Assembly (NCBI GenBank): GCA_964585065.1
Contig: CAZPCB010000003.1
Location: forward strand, 526-64,525
Direction: 5' to 3'
Source: an uncultured Candidatus Saccharibacteria bacterium
GTDB lineage: Bacteria > Patescibacteriota > Minisyncoccia > SW-4-49-11
DNA length: 64,000 nt
Shown: one piece after another, positions 9,924-20,346 of the stretch
Position numbering within the stretch: position 1 is the first letter of the stretch
Layout of the letters: the number at the start of each line of letters is the position of its first letter
Notes under the pieces: generated by a model
Databases searched by the model: none
What the model saw: only the letters and a program-made list of their open reading frames with translations
Told to the model about the DNA's origin: nothing
Translations under genes and position numbers: made by a program

Positions 9924-10229
9924 CTATAATTCCTTATTCAATTTATGACTATATCGTACTTTTTTATCCCCAACAAGTTTATATGATACTTTTGTTCGAG
10001 TACCAGTTTCAGTATCTACGAAAGCAACATTGGACATATGAATAGTTGATGGCTTTTCAATAATTGAACCTACCTCCCCTTCTTTGCGAGGTTTTTGATG
10101 TTTTTTAACTAGCATTACTCCTTCAACACGAACACGGTTTCGAGATGGTATTACCTCGATAATTTTTCCTCTCTTTCCCTTATCTTTTCCAGAGAGAACT
10201 TCAACTGTGTCATTTTTTCGAATCTTCAT
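9924..10229 (-). CDS. rplX: 50S ribosomal protein L24
   Basis: KOW-type MKIRKNDTVEVLSGKDKGKRGKI. Confidence 0.85.
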   Translation of the reverse strand: MKIRKNDTVEVLSGKDKGKRGKIIEVIPSRNRVRVEGVMLVKKHQKPRKEGEVGSIIEKPSTIHMSNVAFVDTETGTRTKVSYKLVGDKKVRYSHKLNKEL

Positions 10230-10241
10230 ATGCTTGTCTTA

Positions 10242-10610
10242 TTACAGTACTTCTGGTGCTAATGATACAATTTTCATATATCCTGCTTCTCGAATTTCAC
10301 GAGCAATTGGTCCAAATACACGAGTTCCAACTGGTTCTTTATTCCCTCCAATGATAACAGCTGCATTTTCGTCAAATCGAATATATGATCCATCGGCTCG
10401 ACGATATTCTTTTCGCTGACGTACAACTACAGCTTTTACTACATCTCCCTTTTTCACTGTTGCTCGGGGTTCTGCACTTTTTACTGAAGCAACAATAATA
10501 TCTCCTAATTGAGCATATCTTTTGCGAGTTCCTCCAAGAACATTGAAACATTCAATGATTTTTGCTCCTGAATTATCAGCTACCTTTAATTTACTCTCTT
10601 TCTGAATCAT
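10242..10610 (-). CDS. rplN: 50S ribosomal protein L14
   Basis: [17 protein letters not shown] is the L14 signature. Confidence 0.9.
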   Translation of the reverse strand: MIQKESKLKVADNSGAKIIECFNVLGGTRKRYAQLGDIIVASVKSAEPRATVKKGDVVKAVVVRQRKEYRRADGSYIRFDENAAVIIGGNKEPVGTRVFGPIAREIREAGYMKIVSLAPEVL

Positions 10611-10611
10611 A

Positions 10612-10866
10612 TTATTGTATTACTACCCATCTCTTATGTCGGGATAATGGTCGAGACTCTTCAATCACAACTTCATCTCCAAGCTTAATATCTGCATTTT
10701 CATTATGTGCCATATATCGCTTGGTAACGGTATATCGCTTTTTATACAAAGGATCTGATTTTGTACGATTCACAGCTACAATTACAGTTTTTTCCATAGC
10801 AGTAGATACTACTTTACCTTTTAGGGTACGAGTTTTCGTCTTAGATGTAATAGTAGATTCTGCCAT
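10612..10866 (-). CDS. rpsQ: 30S ribosomal protein S17
   Basis: 84 aa with the S17 OB-fold region [14 protein letters not shown]. Confidence 0.85.
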   Translation of the reverse strand: MAESTITSKTKTRTLKGKVVSTAMEKTVIVAVNRTKSDPLYKKRYTVTKRYMAHNENADIKLGDEVVIEESRPLSRHKRWVVIQ

Positions 10867-10874
10867 AGTTAAAA

Positions 10875-11120
10875 TTAGGATAATTTGGTCAATACTGTTT
10901 GAATTCGAGCAATATCTCGTCTCAATGCTTTGATAGCTGAGCCATCTGATTTTTGAGAAGGATCTCCTTTTACAAAGATGAGCTTACCAAGTTCTAATTG
11001 CTTCTCAGCAAGAATCTTTTGTAATTCTCCTTGTGCCTTGGTATTGTATCCCTCTTTACTCATAATAACTCTGTTCTTAAAGCGCCAGTCATAGGCTATA
11101 GTATATCGAATTTTTTGCAA
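10875..11120 (-). CDS. rpmC: 50S ribosomal protein L29 (the true start may be the internal Met MSKEG..., near 11060)
   Basis: The C-terminal helical region ELQKILAEKQLELGKL...LRRDIARIQTVL is L29-like, and the gene sits between L16 and S17. Confidence 0.7.
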   Translation of the reverse strand: MQKIRYTIAYDWRFKNRVIMSKEGYNTKAQGELQKILAEKQLELGKLIFVKGDPSQKSDGSAIKALRRDIARIQTVLTKLS

Positions 11121-11132
11121 TTAGTCAAGCTT

Positions 11133-11555
11133 TTATTGCTCTTTACTAATAAACTTTGTTTTTACCGGGAGCTTAGCTCCAGCTCTTTTAAGAGCTTCTT
11201 CAGCAATTTCTCTGGTAACACCATCAATTTCAAATAAAATCTTACCTGCTTTTAGGTTTACTACATAATGATCCACCGCTCCTTTTCCTTTTCCCATACC
11301 TACTTCAGCACTTTTGGTAGTAATAGGCTTATGAGGGAATACGCGAATCCAAACCTTACCTCCTCTAGCGGTATATCGACTAATAGCTCGTCGGGCAGAT
11401 TCAATTTGACGAGCAGTAATCCATTTAGCTTCTGTGGCTCGAAGACCATAAGAACCAAATGATAATTCTATTCCTCTGGAGGCTGCATTTAACTTATCAG
11501 AAGGTTTTCCCTTATGAATTTTTCGATGCTTCGTCTTTCTTGGTGCTAATAACAT
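11133..11555 (-). CDS. rplP: 50S ribosomal protein L16
   Basis: MLLAPRKTKHRKIHKG... is typical of L16. Confidence 0.9.
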   Translation of the reverse strand: MLLAPRKTKHRKIHKGKPSDKLNAASRGIELSFGSYGLRATEAKWITARQIESARRAISRYTARGGKVWIRVFPHKPITTKSAEVGMGKGKGAVDHYVVNLKAGKILFEIDGVTREIAEEALKRAGAKLPVKTKFISKEQ

Positions 11556-11573
11556 AATAGAATTCTTAACTTA

Positions 11574-12221
11574 TTATTTTTGCTCCTCTAATACATCCCC
11601 CTTATATACCCAAACCTTAATTCCGGTAGTTCCATATTTGGTATAAGCGGTTTTTTTAGCAAAATCAATATTTGCTCGAAGAGTAGCCAAAGGAATTTTT
11701 CCCTTAGTCAAATATTCTGTTCGAGACATTTCAGCTCCATCTAATCTTCCGCTCAATAATATTTTAATCCCCTTTACATTTTGACTTTGGAATACATTTT
11801 CTATAGTTTGCTTTAATACTCGTCGGAATGGAATTCTTTTTTCTAATTGCTCAGCAATATTTTCTCCAATAATAGCAGCATTTTCATTTGGATTCTTGAT
11901 TTCCTCAACAGTAAGGCGTAAATCAATTTGAGTTCCAATAAGTTTTTTGATAGTTTTCTTTAATGATTCAATTCCAGCTCCTCCTCTTCCAATAATCATT
12001 CCAGCTCGAGAAGTATGAATAATAATATTTATTAATCGAGGAGTTCTTTCAATATCAATAGTACTAATTCCTGATTTTGGAAGAGTTTTTGTAATAAATG
12101 CACGGATTTTTGCATCTTCTTGTAAATCTTTTGGTAAATTTTTAGCAGTACCAAACCATCGAGATGTCCATCCCTTTGTGACTCCTAGTCTATATACATT
12201 TGCTGAAACCTTATTTCCCAT
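11574..12221 (-). CDS. rpsC: 30S ribosomal protein S3
   Basis: 215 aa with a KH-domain sequence, between L22 and L16. Confidence 0.9.
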   Translation of the reverse strand: MGNKVSANVYRLGVTKGWTSRWFGTAKNLPKDLQEDAKIRAFITKTLPKSGISTIDIERTPRLINIIIHTSRAGMIIGRGGAGIESLKKTIKKLIGTQIDLRLTVEEIKNPNENAAIIGENIAEQLEKRIPFRRVLKQTIENVFQSQNVKGIKILLSGRLDGAEMSRTEYLTKGKIPLATLRANIDFAKKTAYTKYGTTGIKVWVYKGDVLEEQK

Positions 12222-12229
12222 ATATCTAA

Positions 12230-12724
12230 TTATTTATCGCTATCCTTGAGAGCTTTCTTGGTAACTACTTTCTTAGCTGGCTTTTTGACAGCAGTTGTCT
12301 TAGCCTTAGTAGCTGTTGTTACAGCCTCTTTTACAGCTGGTTTTTCAGCTATTTCTTTAGCTTCGGTAGCAGCTTTTCTCTTCTTTACAATATCAAGTTC
12401 CTTCAAAGTCAAGGTAATATGTGAACTTCTTTTACGAATAGTATATGCTCTTCCAAAAGCTCGAGGCCGAAAACGCTTTAATGTAAGGCCTGCATCTACA
12501 AAAATTGATGATACCTGTAATTGAGCTTCTAATACTGAATCTTGCTTTTTAGCATTAGCTACTGCAGATTGTATAAGCTTTTTGACCGGAATACTTGATT
12601 TTTGACTCAAGGTATCAAGTATAGCAAGTGCATCTTTTACAGATTTCCCTCGCACAGCATCAACAACCAACCGAGTTTTTCTCGGACTAATTCTTAGATT
12701 TTTAAGTGTTGCATTCCATTCCAT
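12230..12724 (-). CDS. rplV: 50S ribosomal protein L22 with a Lys/Ala-rich C-terminal extension
   Basis: An L22 core is followed by a basic tail of about 50 aa (KKRKAATEAKEIAEKPAVKEAVTTATKAKTTAVKKPAKKVVTKK). Confidence 0.85.
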   Translation of the reverse strand: MEWNATLKNLRISPRKTRLVVDAVRGKSVKDALAILDTLSQKSSIPVKKLIQSAVANAKKQDSVLEAQLQVSSIFVDAGLTLKRFRPRAFGRAYTIRKRSSHITLTLKELDIVKKRKAATEAKEIAEKPAVKEAVTTATKAKTTAVKKPAKKVVTKKALKDSDK

Positions 12725-12732
12725 ACGAGTAC

Positions 12733-12999
12733 TTATTTAGCTTTCTTACCACTATGTCCAATAAATTTACGAGTTGCTGAGAATTCTCCCAACTTATGTC
12801 CTACCATATCTTCTTTGATATATACGGGGATATGAGTTTTCCCATTATGTACACCAAAAGTAAATCCTACCATTTCTGGGGTAACTGTACTATGGCGTGC
12901 CCATGTTTTGATGATAGTAGTATCTCCAGGCTTTAATGCTAAAACCTTGGTTATTAATTTCTCATCGATGTAGGGACCTTTCTTAAGACTTCTAGACAT
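12733..12999 (-). CDS. rpsS: 30S ribosomal protein S19
   Basis: [12 protein letters not shown]... is the S19 signature. Confidence 0.9.
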   Translation of the reverse strand: MSRSLKKGPYIDEKLITKVLALKPGDTTIIKTWARHSTVTPEMVGFTFGVHNGKTHIPVYIKEDMVGHKLGEFSATRKFIGHSGKKAK

Positions 13000-13008
13000 A
13001 TACTATAC

Positions 13009-13836
13009 TTATTTTCTTCTACTTATAATAAACTTATTACTTGGTTTATTCTTCTTACGGGTCTTTTTACCAAGAGCAATTTTACCCCAAGGAGTTTTTG
13101 GTGACTTAAGTCCAATTGGTTGTCGTCCTTCTCCTCCTCCATGTGGATGGTCTACTGGATTCATAGCACTTCCTCGAACTGCTGGTCTTACTCCACGCCA
13201 TCGATTTCGTCCAGCTTTTCCAATATTCTCAAGCATATGAGATTCATTACTTACTCTTCCGATACTTGCATATACGGTTTTATGTACTTTTCTTACTTCT
13301 CCTGAAGGAAGTTTTACTAAAGCATAGGTGTCTTCCACAGCTAATACCTGTCCTGCACTTCCAGCTGATCGAATAATTTGACCACCTTTTCCTGGGAATA
13401 ACTCTAAATTATAGACCTCAGTTCCCACAGGAATAAATTCTAAGGTTAATCGATTTCCAATAATTAAAGGAGCTTGTTTGCTGAATAATAGTCTCTGTCC
13501 TACATTTAACTTACTTGGAGCTAAAATATAAGATTTAATTCCATCCGTATAGGTAACAAGAGCAATAAAAGCAGATCGATTTGGATCATATTCAATTGAT
13601 TGTACAATTGCTTCAATATCAAGACGCTTTTGCTTGAAATCAACTAATCGATACATTCTCTTATTTCGTCCTCCTTTATGTCGAACGGTAATCACTCCTC
13701 GTGAATTACGTCCTGACATTGAGCGAATAGGAGCTAATAAAGACTTTTCTGGATTTGTCTTTGTTAAAGCTTCTCGGTAATCAACAACTGAGCTCTTTCT
13801 TCTTCCTGGTGTGGTGGGTTTTCGATGCTTAATCAT
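13009..13836 (-). CDS. rplB: 50S ribosomal protein L2
   Basis: 275 aa. The conserved C-terminal motif [16 protein letters not shown] is present. Confidence 0.9.
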   Translation of the reverse strand: MIKHRKPTTPGRRKSSVVDYREALTKTNPEKSLLAPIRSMSGRNSRGVITVRHKGGRNKRMYRLVDFKQKRLDIEAIVQSIEYDPNRSAFIALVTYTDGIKSYILAPSKLNVGQRLLFSKQAPLIIGNRLTLEFIPVGTEVYNLELFPGKGGQIIRSAGSAGQVLAVEDTYALVKLPSGEVRKVHKTVYASIGRVSNESHMLENIGKAGRNRWRGVRPAVRGSAMNPVDHPHGGGEGRQPIGLKSPKTPWGKIALGKKTRKKNKPSNKFIISRRK

Positions 13837-13838
13837 AT

Positions 13839-14204
13839 CTAAATACTGATGCTAAATCCTTCTTTCAATGACACAATGGCTTTTTTATACCCTGTTGTCT
13901 TTCCTTTCTTTCCACGTACAAATACATTTCGTGATTTTACTTTTATTACGCGAACTTGTGAAACCTTGACATTATACAATAATTCTACTGCTTTTGCAAT
14001 CTCTTGCTTATTGGTATTCCCATTTACTTCAAATGAATATTGTCTATTCTGAAATAAAGAATAGGTTTTTTCACTAATAACAGGCTTAATCAATACCTGA
14101 TATGATTGTGTATTATGGTGTAATTCTTGTACTGCTTCAGTTGTAGATTCTTTCTTAGCCATATCCTTAAACGTAATTCTTATAGATATCCTTAATAGTC
14201 TCAA
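13839..14204 (-). CDS. rplW: 50S ribosomal protein L23 (the likely true start is near 14162 at MAKKEST...; the listed ORF overlaps rplD)
   Basis: L23-like sequence between L4 and L2. The 38-nt overlap with rplD disappears if the internal Met is the start. Confidence 0.8.
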   Translation of the reverse strand: MRLLRISIRITFKDMAKKESTTEAVQELHHNTQSYQVLIKPVISEKTYSLFQNRQYSFEVNGNTNKQEIAKAVELLYNVKVSQVRVIKVKSRNVFVRGKKGKTTGYKKAIVSLKEGFSISI

Positions 14205-14802
14205 CTGATGGTACTGAAGTTAAAATAGTATCACTTTTTAATATATCCTCAATATTCAATGAATCAGCATATATTAATGAGACAGTTGGAATATTTGCAA
14301 ATGATTTTTCTGCATATTTATCTTCTCGAGGTACAATTACGAGAGTTTTCTTATCTTCAAGCTTAAGATTATTCAAAATTGATACTGCTTCCTTAGTTTT
14401 AATTGTGGATAATGCAAAATCATCTAATAATACAAATTTATCAGCAGCTACTCTAGATGAAAGAGTCATAAATAAAGCTTTTCGCTTCATTTTTTTATTG
14501 ATAGATACTGCAAAATTCTTGGCACTTGTAGGTCCAAAAGTAATACCTCCTGTTCGCCAAATTGGAGAACGAGTTGATCCATGTCGAGCTCTACCAGTTC
14601 CTTTTTGCTTCCAAGGTTTTTTACCTCCTCCACGTACTTCTGAGCGGTCCTTGGTATGAGCTACAGGATAAAGCTTATTCAAAACCAAATATCGATATAC
14701 TTGATGAATTAAACTCTCATTTGGAGCTACTTCAAATATCTCACTTGGCAATTCATATTGCTCCTTCTTTACTCCTTTTGTGGTAATTACCTGAATCTTC
14801 AT
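14167..14802 (-). CDS. rplD: 50S ribosomal protein L4
   Basis: 211 aa. GGGKKPWKQKGTGRAR is the L4 signature. Confidence 0.85.
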   Translation of the reverse strand: MKIQVITTKGVKKEQYELPSEIFEVAPNESLIHQVYRYLVLNKLYPVAHTKDRSEVRGGGKKPWKQKGTGRARHGSTRSPIWRTGGITFGPTSAKNFAVSINKKMKRKALFMTLSSRVAADKFVLLDDFALSTIKTKEAVSILNNLKLEDKKTLVIVPREDKYAEKSFANIPTVSLIYADSLNIEDILKSDTILTSVPSVETIKDIYKNYV

Positions 14803-14812
14803 ATAAACTTAT

Positions 14813-15391
14813 CTAACCGACAATTTGTAACAATCCCTTATTAGGTCCAGGAATTGCTCCCTTTAATAATAATTGATTATTTTCAATATCTATTCCTACA
14901 ACTTTTACATTCTTTAATGTTTGAGTTTTAAATCCATCTCGTCCCGGCATTTTACGTCCTTTCAAAACATGCTCTGGATACCCTGATCCAATAGAACCTC
15001 CTGATCGCTCAGTATGCTTGGTTCCATGAGTAGCATTTGCTCCAGCAAATCCATGTCGTTTTACTACTCCAGCAAATCCTTTTCCTTTTGAAACTCCTTT
15101 TACTTCTAAGACATTCCCCACTTCATATTGAGCTATATCTAATACAGCACCCACTTCTAATTCTGGGAATTCATTTACACGAACTTCTTTTAATAATCTT
15201 GGTAATTCAGTATCTTTTACCTTTTTAGAATATTTTGCACCAAATTGCACAGCATTATATCCTGTTTTATCTTCAGCAATAAGAGCTTGTACCTTTACAT
15301 CGGGATACAATTGAACTTTCGTGACGGGTATTACTTTACCTTCTTCAAACACTTGAGTCATTCCAATCTTTTGAGCAAACGAAAATTTCAT
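14813..15391 (-). CDS. rplC: 50S ribosomal protein L3
   Basis: 192 aa with an L3-like sequence, following rpsJ. Confidence 0.9.
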   Translation of the reverse strand: MKFSFAQKIGMTQVFEEGKVIPVTKVQLYPDVKVQALIAEDKTGYNAVQFGAKYSKKVKDTELPRLLKEVRVNEFPELEVGAVLDIAQYEVGNVLEVKGVSKGKGFAGVVKRHGFAGANATHGTKHTERSGGSIGSGYPEHVLKGRKMPGRDGFKTQTLKNVKVVGIDIENNQLLLKGAIPGPNKGLLQIVG

Positions 15392-15412
15392 ACTTACACT
15401 TTACCTTGATTA

Positions 15413-15745
15413 CTAATTGAGATACTTGATAGAAATATCTACTCCAACCGGGAGATTGAGATTCATAAGAGCATCAATTACCTTAGAATTTGGTTCTGCA
15501 ATATCAATAAGTCTCTTATGAACTCTCATCTCAAATTGGTCTCGAGAGTCTTTATGCACGAATGTTGATTTTAATACCGTATATTTCTTAATGGAAGTAG
15601 GAAGTGGAATAGGTCCCACAGCATTTGCTCCAAATTTCATAGCGGTATTAATAATCTGTACAGATGATTGATCAGCTAACTTATAATCATAAGCTTTGAT
15701 CTTAATCCGTATTCGTGATTTATACTCTTCTTTTTTAGTTGACAT
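15413..15745 (-). CDS. rpsJ: 30S ribosomal protein S10
   Basis: 110 aa with the S10 fold sequence IRIKIKAYDYKLADQS. It lies 20 nt downstream of tuf. Confidence 0.9.
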   Translation of the reverse strand: MSTKKEEYKSRIRIKIKAYDYKLADQSSVQIINTAMKFGANAVGPIPLPTSIKKYTVLKSTFVHKDSRDQFEMRVHKRLIDIAEPNSKVIDALMNLNLPVGVDISIKYLN

Positions 15746-15765
15746 ACTTTTTTCTTCGTAAAGCC

Positions 15766-16962
15766 TTATTTGATAACTTTCGTAACAACCCCAGCTCCAA
15801 CAGTATGCCCACCTTCTCGAATTGCAAATCTTTGATTGTCAGTAAGTGCAATAGGAGCTACAAGAGCAACTTTTACAGTAACAGTATCTCCTGGCATAAC
15901 TAATTCTGATCCTTCAGGAAGAGTGATTTCTCCTGTTACATCAGTAGTTCGAATATAGAATTGTGGCTTATACCCAGATACAAATGGGGTATGTCGTCCT
16001 CCTTCTTCTTTTGTTAGAACATATACCTCAGCTTCAAATTCAGTATGAGGAGTAATAGATCCAACTTTTGCAAGTACTTGCCCTCTTTCAACATCTTCTT
16101 TTTTAACTCCTCGAAGAAGAAGTCCTACATTATCTCCAGCTTGCCCCTCATCAAGAAGCTTTTTGAACATCTCAACTCCAGTAACAACTGTTTTTTGAGT
16201 AGATCGAAGTCCAACAATTTCTACTTCTGAGTTCACCTTGATAATTCCTTTTTCGATTCTTCCGGTTACTACAGTTCCTCGTCCTTCAATTGAGAAAATA
16301 TCTTCAACTGGCATCAAGAAATCTAAATCAATTTCTCGCTTTGGTTCTGGAATAGCTTCATCAAGAGCATCAACAAGCTCTAAGATTGGCTTAGCTGCAT
16401 CTGAATTAACATCAGTTGTTTCAAGAGCTTTGAGAGCTGATCCTCGAACAATTCGAGCATTATCTCCATCAAAACTATATTTACTTAATAGTTCTCGAAC
16501 TTCTACTTCTACAAGTTCAATCAATTCCTCATCATCAACTTGATCAACTTTATTAAGGAATACTACAATTTGAGGTACTCCAATTTGATTTGCAAGAAGA
16601 ATATGCTCTCGAGTTTGAGGCATAGGACCATCTGCAGCAGATACTACTAAGATAGCTCCATCCATTTGAGCAGCACCGGTAATCATGTTCTTGATATAAT
16701 CAGCATGTCCTGGACAATCAATATGCGCATAATGACGAGTATCTGATTCATACTCAACATGAGCTGTAGCAATAGTAATCCCTCGAGCTTTTTCCTCAGG
16801 AGCTGCATCGATTTCATTAACAGCTTTTTTTGTAACTACATTTCCTCTTAAACTAAGTACATTAAGAATAGCTGCAGTCAAAGTTGTTTTACCATGATCA
16901 ACATGACCAATAGTTCCTACATTTACATGGGGCTTGTTTCGCTCATACTTTTCGGTTGCCAT
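15766..16962 (-). CDS. tuf: Elongation factor Tu
   Basis: 398 aa. [22 protein letters not shown] and NKVD GTPase motifs are present, followed by EF-Tu domains 2 and 3. Confidence 0.95.
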   Translation of the reverse strand: MATEKYERNKPHVNVGTIGHVDHGKTTLTAAILNVLSLRGNVVTKKAVNEIDAAPEEKARGITIATAHVEYESDTRHYAHIDCPGHADYIKNMITGAAQMDGAILVVSAADGPMPQTREHILLANQIGVPQIVVFLNKVDQVDDEELIELVEVEVRELLSKYSFDGDNARIVRGSALKALETTDVNSDAAKPILELVDALDEAIPEPKREIDLDFLMPVEDIFSIEGRGTVVTGRIEKGIIKVNSEVEIVGLRSTQKTVVTGVEMFKKLLDEGQAGDNVGLLLRGVKKEDVERGQVLAKVGSITPHTEFEAEVYVLTKEEGGRHTPFVSGYKPQFYIRTTDVTGEITLPEGSELVMPGDTVTVKVALVAPIALTDNQRFAIREGGHTVGAGVVTKVIK

Positions 16963-17030
16963 AGAAGTATACTTTAATTATTATTGTTTAACTGAATAAA
17001 AACACGGTCGAGTCAAACACACTCTGAACT

Positions 17031-17059
17031 ATTCTAAACCATATTTGGAATTTAGTCAA
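17031..17059 (-). promoter_or_regulatory. Candidate sigma-70 promoter for tuf and the S10-spc cluster: TTGACT-N17-TAGAAT
   Basis: The minus strand reads cctcTTGACTaaattccaaatatggttTAGAATagttc, about 70 nt upstream of the tuf ATG. Confidence 0.45.
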
Positions 17060-17072
17060 GAGGAAAACTGAA

Positions 17073-18710
17073 TTATTTCACTTCCCTCACCTTTTTATTA
17101 TCTTGATGAATTCTTGGAATCGTTATGGTAAGCATACTTCCTTTATCTCTTCCCTCACTTTTTATACTAACAGTTCCTTTATGGGCTTCTATGATCAATT
17201 TCATCAAATGAAGCCCAAGCCCAGTTCCATCATGACGTATTTGCTGAGCAGATTCGCCTCTTTTATATGGTTTAAAAATAATTTTTTGCTCTGCTGGCGT
17301 AATACCAATACCATTATCTTGTATTTTAATTTGTATTTCTTTTTTATTTCCAATAAGTTGGATCTTAATGTGGTTTTTACCATATTGCAAAGCATTATCA
17401 AGTCCATTATTCAAAACTTCTCGTATTTTTACCTCATCTCCCTTTATCATAAAATCATCTCCTTTTACGGTATAAGTATAACTGATATTTGACTTATCCA
17501 TTAGGAATGATTTATTTTCAACTGTGTCTGTTAATTGTTTTTCTAAGTCAAATATATCATCTAGTCTTACACTAAAATCACCAGAATTAAGAGAGTTTAC
17601 ATTCAAAACATCCTCAATAATAGTAGACATATTTTGTACAATGACACTCATTTGTACAATATAATGCCCCATTGCATCATCTTTGGGGGCATGCGCTTCT
17701 TTTAATAAAGATAAATATCCCTTAATTGCAGTAATAGGAGTTCTTAATTGATGCGAGGATATTTGAATAAATTGATTCTTAGCCTTAATAGAAGATTTTA
17801 ATTCTTTGTGGACTTTTTGCACTAAATTGGCATCTTCCAACCCTTGTAATGTTTGATTCATTAAAACTCCCACGATAATACTTAATATAATAATCAAAAT
17901 AATTCTTTCCGGTTGAAAAATACTTGTAACTCCAAATAAGATTAACCCTATTTGTACTGCAATAGCTGTAACCAGAATAGTTCCAAGTGCATATAACTGA
18001 AATAGAATCACCGGTATTTTTAAAGCCTCTTGTTTAATAATAATATAGGTTATATAGAGAGCCATTAATAATAATCCCAATGGCCCAATACGATGATATG
18101 AATTATCAAGGAATATAAAGGGAATTACAATATTAGCAATTGCTACAACACTAAATGGTACTGCTACAGCAACAAATATACCCTCAGCATAAGGAATGGT
18201 GTTTGTACGTACAATCTTTAATAAATATGATAATCCGAAAAAACTGGCTAAGAACATATAGAGCACAAATACAAGATGCTGAAAAGATCCTAGTCGTAAC
18301 TCAGGCGATGGATATTGATAATCTATAATGCCATATTGTGGGTGAATTAAATACAAAATAATACTTGTCTGTATAAAGAGAAAGAGAAAGAATTTCCAAT
18401 CCCATTTGAATGTATTATCCAATGATTTAACAAAAATATAAAATATAAGGGGTAACATTATACCAATTCCATAGGTAAGTGCTAATTCATATCCTCCAAA
18501 AAATTGCTGTTCATTCCAGACCTCACATAATGCCCAAATTCCTGTAGCAATTAATAATACTCCAAACCACCCTACATATCGATGCTTTATAGTATATTTT
18601 TTAACTGTACTTCTATATATTACGACACAAAATACCCCCAAGGCTAAACTTAATAGACCCCCAATAGAGCCTAATAATACTTCAATAATATATTGTGAAT
18701 CTGTATTCAT
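17073..18710 (-). CDS. Sensor histidine kinase with a polytopic membrane N-terminal domain (HisKA + HATPase_c)
   Basis: 545 aa with about 8 predicted TM helices. The H-box is SSHQLRTPITAIKGY. The N-box is LDNALQYG, G1 is DNGIGI and G2 is GTGLGLHL. Confidence 0.8.
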   Translation of the reverse strand: MNTDSQYIIEVLLGSIGGLLSLALGVFCVVIYRSTVKKYTIKHRYVGWFGVLLIATGIWALCEVWNEQQFFGGYELALTYGIGIMLPLIFYIFVKSLDNTFKWDWKFFLFLFIQTSIILYLIHPQYGIIDYQYPSPELRLGSFQHLVFVLYMFLASFFGLSYLLKIVRTNTIPYAEGIFVAVAVPFSVVAIANIVIPFIFLDNSYHRIGPLGLLLMALYITYIIIKQEALKIPVILFQLYALGTILVTAIAVQIGLILFGVTSIFQPERIILIIILSIIVGVLMNQTLQGLEDANLVQKVHKELKSSIKAKNQFIQISSHQLRTPITAIKGYLSLLKEAHAPKDDAMGHYIVQMSVIVQNMSTIIEDVLNVNSLNSGDFSVRLDDIFDLEKQLTDTVENKSFLMDKSNISYTYTVKGDDFMIKGDEVKIREVLNNGLDNALQYGKNHIKIQLIGNKKEIQIKIQDNGIGITPAEQKIIFKPYKRGESAQQIRHDGTGLGLHLMKLIIEAHKGTVSIKSEGRDKGSMLTITIPRIHQDNKKVREVK

Positions 18711-18712
18711 AT

Positions 18713-20305
18713 TTAATTTTTAGGGAGAATAATTATAGCTTCAGCACCCAAGCCCTCACCATCACTTTTTAACATAAATTTACCTTCATGACTATTGATA
18801 ATATGTTTTGCTAAATAAATACCTAATCCAGATCCATCTGGATTTAGTACAGGAGCCCTATATCCTCGTATAAAAGGAAGGAATAATTGTCGTAAATCAT
18901 CTTTATTAATACCAATTCCATCATCTACAATAGAGATTAGAATACTATTCTTGTTGGTACGTAACCGTATTATCACTTCTTTATTTGCAAATATATAGGC
19001 ATTCTGTATTACTTTTTTAAAAGCTAATTCTAAATAATGGGCTTCCCCCTTAATAATATAATTTCTATTGGCTTTTTCTAATCGCATTGTAATATCAAGA
19101 TATTTTTGAGATGTTTGAATATCCTCCATGACATGCTCTATGATGAGAGCAATATCTACTGGAACAATATGATTTAATTCAAATTTATCAGCTTCTATAG
19201 CATAAGTAAGAGTTAAATCCTCTATCACTTCTTTTAATCGATAATTATTAATAAGAATTTTATGTAAATAGTCTAATTCAGGAGACTGATTCTTTGATAC
19301 TTTATTTATCAAAGTACTGGTATATTCTTCTAAAATAATTACTGGGGTTCTCAATTGATGTGTTGTCATTCTCAAAAAATTATCTTTTACATTAATAAAT
19401 TTTTGTAATTTGCGATTATCTCTATTTAAATCTTTTTTGATATAAGATGATTCTTGTAAGTTTTGTATAAGAATAATTCCTAATACACTAAATATAATCA
19501 GAAATAATATATCAATAATAAGAGTAACTGGTGATGTATTACTAAATGTGATAACAGCAATAATAATTACTGCCCATATAATAATAATTTGGGATATAAA
19601 GATTTTTGAGTCAACTAACTTATATTGAATAGCACCTATTACAATAAATCCAATCCAAACTAATAATAGTAGTGGACTATATTTCAGAAAGTCACTATTA
19701 CCACCAATAAAAATAAATAATGCACCAGCAATATACCCTATAATAGTAGTCAAATATCCTATTATAAAATATACAGAAACTATTTTATCTTTCTTTTTTT
19801 GAATATATTTTAATCTATTTATAGTGGCTATAATACTCATAAATAAGGCTATCCCGAATCCTATTTGATAATATTGGAATAAAGGTCCATATTCTAAGAT
19901 AACACCATTGTTATATATGCTGATATTTTGAAATAAATGAAATGAGGTGTAAATAGGAATCAAAAATAGTATATACAAAATACTAATAGCCCAAGACATT
20001 CTATTCTTATATACAGTATTTGTCTTACTAAATGGATAATACAATGCTGTTATCATAAGACCTAATGGCACAGCAATAAGTCCTGAGAACATAATTTGTT
20101 GGAAGATTATATATAGAGACTTTGAAAAAAAATCTGGTTGAGAAAGAGTAATGTGTATTCCCAACCAACCAAATGTCCATATAATCGCTCCCGTCAAGGG
20201 AAATAAGAACCATTGTGATATGTTTGTATGATTTTTTTTATATACTAAAGTCCAAGCAATACTAAGAATTGCAATTACACCTAATGATAAGATACTATAA
20301 ATCAT
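18713..20305 (-). CDS. Sensor histidine kinase with a polytopic membrane N-terminal domain (paralog)
   Basis: 530 aa and multi-TM. The H-box is MTTHQLRTPVIILEEY. G1 is DDGIGI and G2 is GSGLGIYL. It starts 2 nt after the previous HK ends. Confidence 0.8.
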   Translation of the reverse strand: MIYSILSLGVIAILSIAWTLVYKKNHTNISQWFLFPLTGAIIWTFGWLGIHITLSQPDFFSKSLYIIFQQIMFSGLIAVPLGLMITALYYPFSKTNTVYKNRMSWAISILYILFLIPIYTSFHLFQNISIYNNGVILEYGPLFQYYQIGFGIALFMSIIATINRLKYIQKKKDKIVSVYFIIGYLTTIIGYIAGALFIFIGGNSDFLKYSPLLLLVWIGFIVIGAIQYKLVDSKIFISQIIIIWAVIIIAVITFSNTSPVTLIIDILFLIIFSVLGIILIQNLQESSYIKKDLNRDNRKLQKFINVKDNFLRMTTHQLRTPVIILEEYTSTLINKVSKNQSPELDYLHKILINNYRLKEVIEDLTLTYAIEADKFELNHIVPVDIALIIEHVMEDIQTSQKYLDITMRLEKANRNYIIKGEAHYLELAFKKVIQNAYIFANKEVIIRLRTNKNSILISIVDDGIGINKDDLRQLFLPFIRGYRAPVLNPDGSGLGIYLAKHIINSHEGKFMLKSDGEGLGAEAIIILPKN

Positions 20306-20346
20306 TTTTATTTATATTGGATTATGTATATTTATAGTATCACAAT

